A DNA stretch of 64,000 nucleotides, taken from a bacterium (GTDB lineage: Bacteria > Patescibacteriota > Microgenomatia > UBA1400 > UBA12108). The stretch spans positions 4,481 to 68,480 of the forward strand of contig JBDRPO010000022.1 of the NCBI GenBank assembly GCA_043827085.1. Reading direction: 5' to 3'. Positions 48,100 to 57,027 of the stretch are shown in pieces (within the stretch, counting starts at the first letter, position 1; every line of letters begins with the position of its first letter). Made by a program: the position numbers and the translations under genes. The notes under the pieces were generated by a model. The model worked only from the letters and a program-made list of their open reading frames with translations. It searched no databases and had not been told where the DNA came from.

Positions 48100-50257
48100 A
48101 GCTAATCCTCCGAAAGTCGACTGCTAACTCGCGCTTGTCGCCTGAGGCTGCGTCTGGATTTTCAACTTTGTCAAACTCAAAGCTTACTAGATGCTTACCT
48201 AGCTGTACCTTTGGTAGCTCGATTGTATATTCACTCCATTCTCTACTCAAAGCTAACTTTCTGCATAACTCATCGTTTACAAATACCCGCACTGTCTGTC
48301 CGTCGATAAAGGATGTAGCTGTTATCTTGAGTTGAGTTTTCGTCATATTTTTCTCAGTTACCCACCATATACTTGCTGTCTTTTCATTGGCCCAGCGGTG
48401 ATCGTTCTCAGGGGTACTCCAGCCATCAATCAAAATCGTATCGTCATACTGAGTTTTCCCAAACTCTATCGTTTGCAACTGCTTGGAGTTCTTTAGTAAA
48501 CAATCATCACTCAAACAGCGTCTCCCCAACTTATAAAATCCATTTTCCCACACAACCTGCTCAAACAACAATTTTGGTGGTCGATACCACAGCTCTTTAG
48601 ATACCAAAATTAAAGCATCTTCTGGCACTATGCCATTTTTAAATTCCTGCAAATTTGCACTAGATACTAGCTCTTTTTGCGGGTAAAGAAAATATTCAGT
48701 CCATATTTGTCGCCAGTAATACCCCATCCCCTCCACCACTTCACTCAAATAAATTGGCTCTGTAATACTTGGATTATTTGCCAGTTCAGACAGAGACATT
48801 AGCGACCTGTCCACTGTAATGTGGTTATATGTAAAACGTCTTATCAGTCTCCCCCCCGACCACAAAGATGCCACAATGAGTATCACCCCCACTCCCAACC
48901 CAAGGTAGCGTTTTTTGTCAGCAATGTCTATCCAGCCAGCCACGAACCACGGGAGTACCACAGGGAGTACGTACGTCACCACTCTGTTATAGGCAAAAAA
49001 GTTGTTATTCCCCCAGGTTGTCCAAACTATCATCGGCAAATACAATCCTACCATTACCATAATCATCCCTCGCCCGCTTGCCTTCCACATTCCTCTGGCC
49101 AAGATGACCAAAATCAATCCCGATAAACTCCAGGCCACTATCCATGGCAGGGCAGGGGAAGTATGAATATCCCATAGCCCCAGTAACTCTACGGGGTTAG
49201 CAAAGGGATTAATTTTACGGAAAATATCCCAGCCTATTGGACCATTCACTAGTTGTGCTTGCTGGATATCAAACATGATCGAGTGGATGGCTGCCACACC
49301 ACCCAAAAGTAGAGTAGTAGTAGCGACCCGCCACATCGTTTGCCAGTTACGGCTGATGAGTAAGTAGATCCCAAACGGAGCCAGCAAAAAGATAGAACCT
49401 TCATGGTACGAGTAAAATACACTTGCCACAATGATTCCAATCAGAAAGTCATTTCTCTCTGATTTTTTGCTAAAAACATGGATCCAAAATAACAGCTGCA
49501 GTCCCCAGAAAAATACTTGTCCTGCGAAATTATGGTAGAGCATATACAACAAATTCGCATTTGCTGCCGTCAATCCGGCAGTGAGGATCAGTCCGAGCTT
49601 ACTCTCTTTCCCAGTCATAACGACTAGGAGTACATAAACCAGCGGGATCATCCAGGCGAATAGTAAGACTTGGAATAGGTAGGTGAATTGATACCCCCTG
49701 AGTCCCGTTACCTCCAATAGGTATCCCATCGTGATCGGTGTGCCCCACCTATACCCAATTCGAATTAGATTACTGATTCCGTTGTAGTCATACTTTCCTT
49801 CATGACCATCCACCAAAAGACGAGAAAATATTGTGCCCTTTTGCAAGTATTCAGGTACCGTAGCATAGATTATGGCGTCATTATTCCCCAGCGACACAGT
49901 GGTGAGGATTTTGTCATTTCTCCACAGTGGAGCCAAATTTACCAAAATCGAGACTCCAACCACACTCGCCAGGATCACCTCTCTCCATCCGATCGTCACT
50001 CTGATTTTGTCGTAGAACCAGGTTTTGAGGCTTAGGGTCGCAAGTACCAAGGTCAGGGGGATAGTGCTGTAGGCAATAGGTATCCCCATCAAGCTTAAAA
50101 TGGTGAGACCTACACTCACCCCCACGATTGTGTACCAAGGGGCCAGCCAAAAGGCAAAAAAGGCAATTTTCTTAGGCGTTAAATAGCTAGCGATACCATA
50201 ACCGAGGAAGTACATTAAAATTGTAATACCTGCTGGATACAAAAATATTTCTTTCAT
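48092..50257 (-). CDS. Polytopic membrane protein, putative GT-C, with a C-terminal extracellular domain
   Basis: SLGNND..Y, YRWG.P, GW, YNR and WxxYFL motifs, with a C-terminal GWS.PE..RW domain. Paralog of the gene at 50254. Confidence 0.6.
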   Translation of the reverse strand: MKEIFLYPAGITILMYFLGYGIASYLTPKKIAFFAFWLAPWYTIVGVSVGLTILSLMGIPIAYSTIPLTLVLATLSLKTWFYDKIRVTIGWREVILASVVGVSILVNLAPLWRNDKILTTVSLGNNDAIIYATVPEYLQKGTIFSRLLVDGHEGKYDYNGISNLIRIGYRWGTPITMGYLLEVTGLRGYQFTYLFQVLLFAWMIPLVYVLLVVMTGKESKLGLILTAGLTAANANLLYMLYHNFAGQVFFWGLQLLFWIHVFSKKSERNDFLIGIIVASVFYSYHEGSIFLLAPFGIYLLISRNWQTMWRVATTTLLLGGVAAIHSIMFDIQQAQLVNGPIGWDIFRKINPFANPVELLGLWDIHTSPALPWIVAWSLSGLILVILARGMWKASGRGMIMVMVGLYLPMIVWTTWGNNNFFAYNRVVTYVLPVVLPWFVAGWIDIADKKRYLGLGVGVILIVASLWSGGRLIRRFTYNHITVDRSLMSLSELANNPSITEPIYLSEVVEGMGYYWRQIWTEYFLYPQKELVSSANLQEFKNGIVPEDALILVSKELWYRPPKLLFEQVVWENGFYKLGRRCLSDDCLLKNSKQLQTIEFGKTQYDDTILIDGWSTPENDHRWANEKTASIWWVTEKNMTKTQLKITATSFIDGQTVRVFVNDELCRKLALSREWSEYTIELPKVQLGKHLVSFEFDKVENPDAASGDKRELAVDFRRISFE

Positions 50258-51912
50258 TGCAAGTCCTTTGCAAGCATCAATTTATCCACGTTGATTAACT
50301 CATACCCGTTCTCAGGCGTATTATGCAAAGTCACAAACGGTCCATCTCCCCGCCCAGTGAGCGGTAAATTGGCTCGTGTATAAAAAGGAACCTCGCGCAA
50401 AAAATGCTCTTCCCACACCCGCTGCCACAAATCATATCCTTCTGTCATCACATCTGTATTGTAAATGGGACTTTCCTGTATGGGCAGATTCTGCAATTCT
50501 GCTATCTCACGTCCTACCAATCGGTGGTGGTTAAAGTATTGGATCATAGTGCGGTAAGACGACCGTAAGGTCAAAACTCCCAGTATCACCATTACCACGA
50601 TGCTAATCTTGTAACTCTTGATCTGCGCAAGTCCAATAGATACAAGTACCACAAGTAGAAACATCCCATAGCCTAACACACGGTTATAGACAAAATAATT
50701 ACTAATTATTAAACGATAAAAAACCAAAAAAACACCAAAAACTAAAATGTATGCACCGATCAATTTTTTCTGCTTGATTTTTGCAAATCCCCATACAGCG
50801 ATGAGTAATAGAGGCAAGCTCACAATCAGGTCAACAATTAGTGGCAAATCCCGAGAATAATTCAGGTTATATATCCCGAGCAGTTCCCATAGTGACCCAA
50901 AGCGGATCCTCTCCCAGCCGATAAAAGTTGTGTTCGTGGTCACTTTGATTAAGCGAATTATTTGGTTTACACTATTTACCATTGTGATCGGAGTTAGTGC
51001 TAAAGCGTAAGAGATACTTATCCAGATATTTTTATATTGAGTAAGCAATAGGGGCAACAGCAACAGCATCATGCCATCTGGATATACCGAGGAGGTGGTA
51101 GCAATAGTTACTCCCATCCACCACGCTTTGCCAGGAGAGTCACCAAGAGCCAAAAGAATTGTCAAAACTATCAGTCCCCCGTAGACAAACTGTGGCATAA
51201 AAGCGTGGAACTGCCAGTACATGAGAGTAGAGTTAAGTCCAAAAAGTAGCGTAGTACCTACTAGCAAGCGTATATCATCGCGTCCCAGTAGCTTTTTGCT
51301 GAGTAAGTAAATTAGCGGCAGGGTCAGCGCTGTCAAAACTGCCAGCAATATCGTATAAACCTGGTATACCTGCTGATGCAAAATCACTGCAAAAAAACTT
51401 AAAGTGAGTGGCACTCCGTACCGAAAACCGTAGTGGAGTATGTCTGCGATAGACCAAGTATATGGGTGCTGCATATCTATTGCACTACCTTGGATCAGGC
51501 TATACTCCCGCAAAAACTCTCCACCACTTGCGTAAGTCACAGGATCTAGATTACCCAGGGACAAGGTGGTGGGGTAGCCAACCTTACCCCACATTGGGTA
51601 AAGATAGAAAACTATCACGCCGGTGACAAAGAGCAGCAAGCGCCAGTCGCTCATTGACCATTTAGAGCTCCACCCATACTTAATTAGCGCAAAAATATTA
51701 ATCAGGCTTGCGCAAAATAGTACGGCGTAGCTCCCGTACTTCATTGGGATATTTGCCAAACTCAAAGCACCAGATAGCAAGACAACTAAGCAAACTCCCC
51801 ACCAAGGCACGCTCCATTTCTCCTTGCGTAGCGGTGTAAGTCTATTTACCCCCCATCCCAGAAACATTAATAACCCCAAAATACCAAGTGTCAATAAACT
51901 AATTTGCAGCAT
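50254..51912 (-). CDS. Polytopic membrane protein, putative GT-C
   Basis: SLGNLD..Y, FRYG.P, GW, YNR and WQRVW motifs. Start re-assigned to ATG 51912 (TATAAT 7 nt upstream); the track gives 51933. Confidence 0.6.
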   Translation of the reverse strand: MLQISLLTLGILGLLMFLGWGVNRLTPLRKEKWSVPWWGVCLVVLLSGALSLANIPMKYGSYAVLFCASLINIFALIKYGWSSKWSMSDWRLLLFVTGVIVFYLYPMWGKVGYPTTLSLGNLDPVTYASGGEFLREYSLIQGSAIDMQHPYTWSIADILHYGFRYGVPLTLSFFAVILHQQVYQVYTILLAVLTALTLPLIYLLSKKLLGRDDIRLLVGTTLLFGLNSTLMYWQFHAFMPQFVYGGLIVLTILLALGDSPGKAWWMGVTIATTSSVYPDGMMLLLLPLLLTQYKNIWISISYALALTPITMVNSVNQIIRLIKVTTNTTFIGWERIRFGSLWELLGIYNLNYSRDLPLIVDLIVSLPLLLIAVWGFAKIKQKKLIGAYILVFGVFLVFYRLIISNYFVYNRVLGYGMFLLVVLVSIGLAQIKSYKISIVVMVILGVLTLRSSYRTMIQYFNHHRLVGREIAELQNLPIQESPIYNTDVMTEGYDLWQRVWEEHFLREVPFYTRANLPLTGRGDGPFVTLHNTPENGYELINVDKLMLAKDLQ

Positions 51913-51979
51913 AACTATGATTATACTATCCATCAGGCTTGTGTTATAGTAATTTCATTACCACAAATAAAAAGTAAGT

Positions 51980-52657
51980 ATGATAAGTAAACAAAAAGTT
52001 AAAGAAGCTCAAAAAATTATTCGTCAAGCTCGCTCTAAATGGGATGATGACAAGATAGCGGTAGCTTGGACTGGCGGCAAAGACTCTACCGTCATCCTGA
52101 GTCTAATCCGTGAAACTTTTAACGGCAAAATCCCCTTTAGAGTCATTTTCAACGACTCGACTATCGAATTTCCCGAAGTATACGAGTTTATCAAAAAAAC
52201 TACTAAGGATTGGAATCTAAAACTCATTACGATTCCTCATTTGCCCGAAGATCTCCAAGCTTATCAAGACGCTGTCTCCCCGGAAGACAAAATGGAAATC
52301 ATGCGGATCGCCAAAATTAACGCGATCAATTATGCGATCACCGAATACAAGCTTCAAGCGTTCATGTCAGGTATCCGCGCCGACGAACACGAATCGCGCA
52401 GCGAAGAAACTCACTTTTCACCACGCACTTCCCACATGCGTGTCCACCCAATTCTCAATTTTACCCTTACTGATATTTGGGACTACATCAAAGAATTTGA
52501 AGTTCCCTATGTCAAGCTCTACGACCAAGGCTATAAATCGCTTGGAGAAGCACCTTTTACGAGTCCTGTCTCAGATCCCAATGCTCCCGAACGAGCGGGA
52601 AGGGAGGCCACCAAAGAAAAAACCATGAAACGTCTGCGTGATCTCGGTTATTGGTAA
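51980..52657 (+). CDS. PAPS-reductase-superfamily PP-loop protein, CysD (sulfate adenylyltransferase subunit 2)-like
   Basis: PP-loop TGGKDS, GIRADE..R..E..FSPR, RVHPIL..T..DIWDYI and a C-terminal ERAGR...M.RLR..GYW. The protein contains no cysteine. Confidence 0.7.
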   Translation: MISKQKVKEAQKIIRQARSKWDDDKIAVAWTGGKDSTVILSLIRETFNGKIPFRVIFNDSTIEFPEVYEFIKKTTKDWNLKLITIPHLPEDLQAYQDAVSPEDKMEIMRIAKINAINYAITEYKLQAFMSGIRADEHESRSEETHFSPRTSHMRVHPILNFTLTDIWDYIKEFEVPYVKLYDQGYKSLGEAPFTSPVSDPNAPERAGREATKEKTMKRLRDLGYW

Positions 52658-52666
52658 TACTGAGTT

Positions 52667-54178
52667 ATGTACAAAAATCTTGTCATTATCTCCATCGATT
52701 CTCTCCGTGCCGATGCCACCAACTTTTCTCACCAGGCAATTCATGGTCGTGCAGAACCACGACTTAAAACTCCCAACCTAGACAAGCTCGCAGGTCAAGG
52801 CTCATACATAGAAAAAGCTTATTCCACCAATACCTATACCACCGCTGCTCACGCTTCCCTCTTTACCGGCCGTTACCCTTACCAACATCAAGTCCGGGCC
52901 TTCCTTGATTTCCACAGCACTTTAAATCCCACAACACCTACCCTTGCTGAGATTCTGCACAATCAAGGTTTTCAGACATTTTTTTATTCCGATGTCCCAG
53001 AATTATTTTCCTCAAACGACATTTGGCGCGGTTTTAGAGTCAAAACTAAAAATAATACTAACTGGTTCTTTAACTCACTAGAAGAAGCCAAGAAAGACCG
53101 GAATTTTATCTTCCTCCACCTTTTTGATGTTCACGAACCATACTTATATATCGAAGATCAAAACCACAAACCCAATGCCAATGACGATTACTACGACTCA
53201 GTGACAACCCTGCAGAAGAAACTGGGATATAAATCCAAATTGAATCCCAAGAAAAATCCCCACGATTTCTGGCAAGAAATTCGTCAACATTTTCGCGCGG
53301 AGCATCTCAAAGAGTATCCTTATCTTTACCCCCTGTATCTTGCGGGAGTAAATTACTTTGATAAATACCGACTGCCATATTTTTTGAATCAATTTGACCA
53401 TCTGGGCTACACTAGTGACAATACTCTCTTCATTTTCCTGAGTGATCATGGCGAAGGACAAACCACTTTCGATACCAATAATATTATTAAATTTAATCAC
53501 GGGGGTGACATTACCGAAGACGTTCTCAGAATATTTCTGACTATTTCTGAGTCAGGTATTAATCGCAAGCTCATGTCCATCGCCGATCTCTCTAATCTAG
53601 CATTGTCTTTACTAGGAGTCCCATACCCCAAACCAATTGAATATTCACTCAGCCGCGCCGTTATTCCTCCGCATCATCTTTACGCCGAATCACACTACAA
53701 TATTGTCGGCGACAAACTGGCTCATGGATTAACTGATCAAGGTACTCTCGCGCAAATTACCTCACACGTCTTGGGTAGCCGGGCATTTATCACCGATTCT
53801 CACAAATATATTCTTCATGGTGAGCCGGAATACCTCGCCTCTTCCCATTCAACCGAACCTGCCAGCGTCGTGATTGATCGCTTATTCCAGTCTATCTTCT
53901 ATCGATTTTCCGATTCGACTTCCAAGAAATCATTACTCGGCGCCCATGCTCATTCTCCACTTGAACCCGATGCCCTTGCGTACAAACTTCTGATTTCTCC
54001 CGAAAAAACTCTCAAGCCTTTTACCGAAAGCTTTGAAACTACCGACCTAGCTGATCATCCAATTGACGACACGTCCTGGACAATCCAAGCCAAATTTCAT
54101 TGGCTATCTGCTCTCACAACCCACGTCCTCCATCCCCGCCGTCATTATCGTTTTTCCAAACTAATCAATAATTACTGA
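52667..54178 (+). CDS. Alkaline phosphatase/sulfatase-superfamily hydrolase or transferase
   Basis: IDSLRAD, TPNLD, YTTAAHASLFTG, HxFDVHEPY, SDHGE and NHG motifs; no signal peptide. Confidence 0.78.
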   Translation: MYKNLVIISIDSLRADATNFSHQAIHGRAEPRLKTPNLDKLAGQGSYIEKAYSTNTYTTAAHASLFTGRYPYQHQVRAFLDFHSTLNPTTPTLAEILHNQGFQTFFYSDVPELFSSNDIWRGFRVKTKNNTNWFFNSLEEAKKDRNFIFLHLFDVHEPYLYIEDQNHKPNANDDYYDSVTTLQKKLGYKSKLNPKKNPHDFWQEIRQHFRAEHLKEYPYLYPLYLAGVNYFDKYRLPYFLNQFDHLGYTSDNTLFIFLSDHGEGQTTFDTNNIIKFNHGGDITEDVLRIFLTISESGINRKLMSIADLSNLALSLLGVPYPKPIEYSLSRAVIPPHHLYAESHYNIVGDKLAHGLTDQGTLAQITSHVLGSRAFITDSHKYILHGEPEYLASSHSTEPASVVIDRLFQSIFYRFSDSTSKKSLLGAHAHSPLEPDALAYKLLISPEKTLKPFTESFETTDLADHPIDDTSWTIQAKFHWLSALTTHVLHPRRHYRFSKLINNY

Positions 54179-55454
54179 GATAATGCTTCCCTGCATATAG
54201 TATCTCCAGGTTTTTTGGCTTTTCACATTGTTCATTTATTCGCACTCCTACTGGATAACTCATCATGTTAACGAGTTGCCCAACTCCCGTCGCCCAAAGT
54301 TCGTACTCTCCCATCCCAGTGAGGCATAAGGTATCGTATTTACTCCAATCATATTTCTCGACCACTTCTTTCTGGTACTGCTCCGCGGCCTGCACTCCCC
54401 GTGCCGAAAACGAATTTATCACCCACTGAGACCTGGTTGTAACTGACATATAGATTGCCAGTCCTAGGAGTAACCATCTCTCCCTCTTCCCCCCCGCGAT
54501 CATCAAACATACCCCTATCAAACTAAACTCCAGGTAAAAAGGCAACGCTCTACCTAGGAAATAAAAGGGGAGTAGCCCGACCGCTCCCCACCAACAAGCG
54601 AACCGAAACAATTGTCTGTTCTTTCGCCACACGTTCCACACAGCTAACCCCACAAGAATAGCAAACGACACACTGACCAAGTCGTAATACGAATGAGGAG
54701 GGTAGGGCATCCCCATCTGCCAGCCATGGCGCCAGTTGATGAGCCACAACCCATAATCAAATAAATTCTTCCGCAGAGTCTCTAAGTTAATAACATAGCT
54801 GTAGGCTGCTCCTTGTTGGCGGTACTGTCCCAATTTCAAAAAAAAATATATTATCGTTGGTACCCAATAAACCAAATAATACTTCCAACGAACCCTCTTC
54901 TGCCAAAGAATGTAACTCAGCACCAAAAGTACACTCACAAAACTTTCTTTACTAAACATCGCCAAAATAAATAATCCCCAGCTAGCAATAAACCATTCTT
55001 TCTGATACTTCGATACTTCGAAGTATCGAAGTAACAACAAAATAGATCCAAGTGAGAAAAGTAAAAATACTTGATCCACCAGCCCAGTGAGAGTGAACAC
55101 ATCAAAAAAGACGATGTGCGACACACCGTAGGTTACCGCCGCGGCGACTGCTCCCCATTTCGCTTTGCTTAGACCTTTCGCGAGTAGATACACAAGTATG
55201 ACGTTTAAGCCGTGGAGCACTATTGGTACCCAATGCATTGCACTAATATTGTTTCCTAAAAGGTGGTAGATAGAAAATAGTGAGAAGGGGATCGGTCGGT
55301 ATGTCCCTCCGATATCTGCAAATAACTCTCTGACTCGTCCCCAGCCACCCGGGGCGCTCATATACAGCCAAATATCATCTCCCCCCACAAAATAATGGGT
55401 AAACCCACTATAATAAAGGAGTATGAAAGCGAAAAGTCCTGTGATTATCCACAT
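54165..55454 (-). CDS. Polytopic membrane protein, putative GT-C
   Basis: GGDD after TM1, YRP, LH..N and SKE motifs; similar layout to the gene at 11289. Confidence 0.62.
   Translation of the reverse strand: MWIITGLFAFILLYYSGFTHYFVGGDDIWLYMSAPGGWGRVRELFADIGGTYRPIPFSLFSIYHLLGNNISAMHWVPIVLHGLNVILVYLLAKGLSKAKWGAVAAAVTYGVSHIVFFDVFTLTGLVDQVFLLFSLGSILLLLRYFEVSKYQKEWFIASWGLFILAMFSKESFVSVLLVLSYILWQKRVRWKYYLVYWVPTIIYFFLKLGQYRQQGAAYSYVINLETLRKNLFDYGLWLINWRHGWQMGMPYPPHSYYDLVSVSFAILVGLAVWNVWRKNRQLFRFACWWGAVGLLPFYFLGRALPFYLEFSLIGVCLMIAGGKRERWLLLGLAIYMSVTTRSQWVINSFSARGVQAAEQYQKEVVEKYDWSKYDTLCLTGMGEYELWATGVGQLVNMMSYPVGVRINEQCEKPKNLEILYAGKHYLSNY
55006..55033. repeat. Perfect 28-bp palindrome inside CDS
   Basis: TACTTCGATACTTCGAAGTATCGAAGTA is its own reverse complement, with TCGA every 8 bp. 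Confidence 0.8.
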
Positions 55455-57027
55455 ACTCCAAATCTTATCATTCCTGCTCGTACCTTTGTTCGTTTACTTA
55501 TTCATCGTGAACTCTTCACTCTCCGCCGTGGGGCCGTATGTCGGCACCTACTCCCCCTCCGACGAGGAAACCAATTATCTAACTGCTCTGTCAGTTTACC
55601 GTGGCGAGGGACTATACAAAAATTTTAGTATTTCCTATCCCCCCGGCCGCTTCCTTGCTCAGGCACTATATTTCCACTTGACTCAGCCCACCATCATTTC
55701 AGCCAGGATTTACATGAACCTCTTTGCTCCGCTCTTATTCCCCACACTGCTCTTCTTTTTGACTTACCGTGTTCTTCGTGTCCTCAAACTCAGTTTCTTC
55801 CCTGCCTATCTCCTAGGCTGGCTCGCGCTTCTACTGGACCTAACCATAGTTCACTCTGCGCAAGAAGTGCACGCACTCATCGCTGGATTTTGTCTAGTTT
55901 TGTTATCGCGGCTAAAATTCCATCAATTTTTCTTAGGTTTACTCTTGGGACTCATTTTTCTCTTCCGTTTCGAAGCCGGAATTATCGTCGCTCTCTCGCT
56001 CATCCTAGCATACCGCTCACCGCCCTCTAAACAGAATATCCTTGGTTTTGGGGTTGTTTGGCTCCCAGTCCTCGCTAACCTACTCTTTCATGGCACTCTC
56101 GCCAACTTTTTTTATGACACCATTGTTCTCGGTCTCATCATGCAGCCTCGCGTCATGGGCCAGCCAATTCCCCCCAATGCACTCTGGTATGTTTTTCTCT
56201 CCTCGCTCCTTGCGCTGTTCGGTTTCACCCTCTCCCTCGCGGCCCACTCCAACAAATCATTACGCACCGTAGCGGGTATCGCCTTATTTAGTTATGTCTC
56301 CGCCCTAGGTCGCTCAGACGAGGGACACTTATGGTACGCTCTCCTTTGGCTCCCCTTACTTATAAGTTATTCCCTTACCCAGCTGGACCGTATTCGCCTC
56401 CTACCCACAATCTTTATTGGCTTAGGTTTATTTGCAGCCTGTTATCTCATTATCGTTGTAAAATCTCCTGCCTTATTTCTGTCCATTGCGGCGATCATGC
56501 TGCTCTTGGCTGACCGCCTAAAGTCGTTTTCCCGTGAGATCACACTCGCAGGCATTATTACCGCTCTCCTCATTTTCCACAGCTTTCAGTACTTCACTCT
56601 CCGTTTCCAGCTTCCCCGTTATGTTGGTACTCTCGCCCACCCTTGGACTCAATCCGCCTCTGGCGGATCGATTGGCGGACTCGATTTCCCTTTCTCAACT
56701 CTCACTTCACTCTTGGAAATTAAATTACATATTACCGGCAACTCTCCCTCGCTCTTTATCTTCCCCGAAAATACTATTTATTATGAATACTTTAAATTGC
56801 CTCGTCCCACCCGCTATCTCTATCTCACTGGTGAGCGCACAGCGGGAACCGAAACCGAGATTATCCTCGATCTAGAATCAACCCCCAACCTCTACATTCT
56901 GGTCTTCCCCGTCAAAGCCGCTCATCGCGGGGGTGAAGTTTGGTCCTGGATAGAGTCCCACACGGAAGTTATCTACTCTGCTCCCTACCAGTCCACGACC
57001 GTTGAGCTGCGTCATTCATCGCTTTAG
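55423..57027 (+). CDS. Polytopic membrane protein, putative GT-C
   Basis: SDEE acidic motif after TM1, G..YKNF..YPPG, R, RFE and RSD..H motifs. TATAAT and AAGGAG precede the ATG. Confidence 0.62.
   Translation: MKAKSPVIIHILQILSFLLVPLFVYLFIVNSSLSAVGPYVGTYSPSDEETNYLTALSVYRGEGLYKNFSISYPPGRFLAQALYFHLTQPTIISARIYMNLFAPLLFPTLLFFLTYRVLRVLKLSFFPAYLLGWLALLLDLTIVHSAQEVHALIAGFCLVLLSRLKFHQFFLGLLLGLIFLFRFEAGIIVALSLILAYRSPPSKQNILGFGVVWLPVLANLLFHGTLANFFYDTIVLGLIMQPRVMGQPIPPNALWYVFLSSLLALFGFTLSLAAHSNKSLRTVAGIALFSYVSALGRSDEGHLWYALLWLPLLISYSLTQLDRIRLLPTIFIGLGLFAACYLIIVVKSPALFLSIAAIMLLLADRLKSFSREITLAGIITALLIFHSFQYFTLRFQLPRYVGTLAHPWTQSASGGSIGGLDFPFSTLTSLLEIKLHITGNSPSLFIFPENTIYYEYFKLPRPTRYLYLTGERTAGTETEIILDLESTPNLYILVFPVKAAHRGGEVWSWIESHTEVIYSAPYQSTTVELRHSSL

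Noticed and set aside
51939-51966. Weak hairpin TTGTG...GTAAT-TTC-ATTAC-CACAA upstream of the CysD-like gene
   Set aside because: It is AT-rich, bulged and short, with no riboswitch or terminator signature.
51980-52657. Annotation as cysH (PAPS/APS reductase)
   Set aside because: The protein has no cysteine, so there is no ECGLH catalytic motif or Fe-S ligand. Its motifs fit CysD better.
54838-54846. Homopolymer runs (A9 here, T8 at 7350-7357) as phase-variation tracts
   Set aside because: Short A/T runs are expected in Phe/Lys-rich genes. The ORFs are intact and I saw no long poly-G/C tracts.
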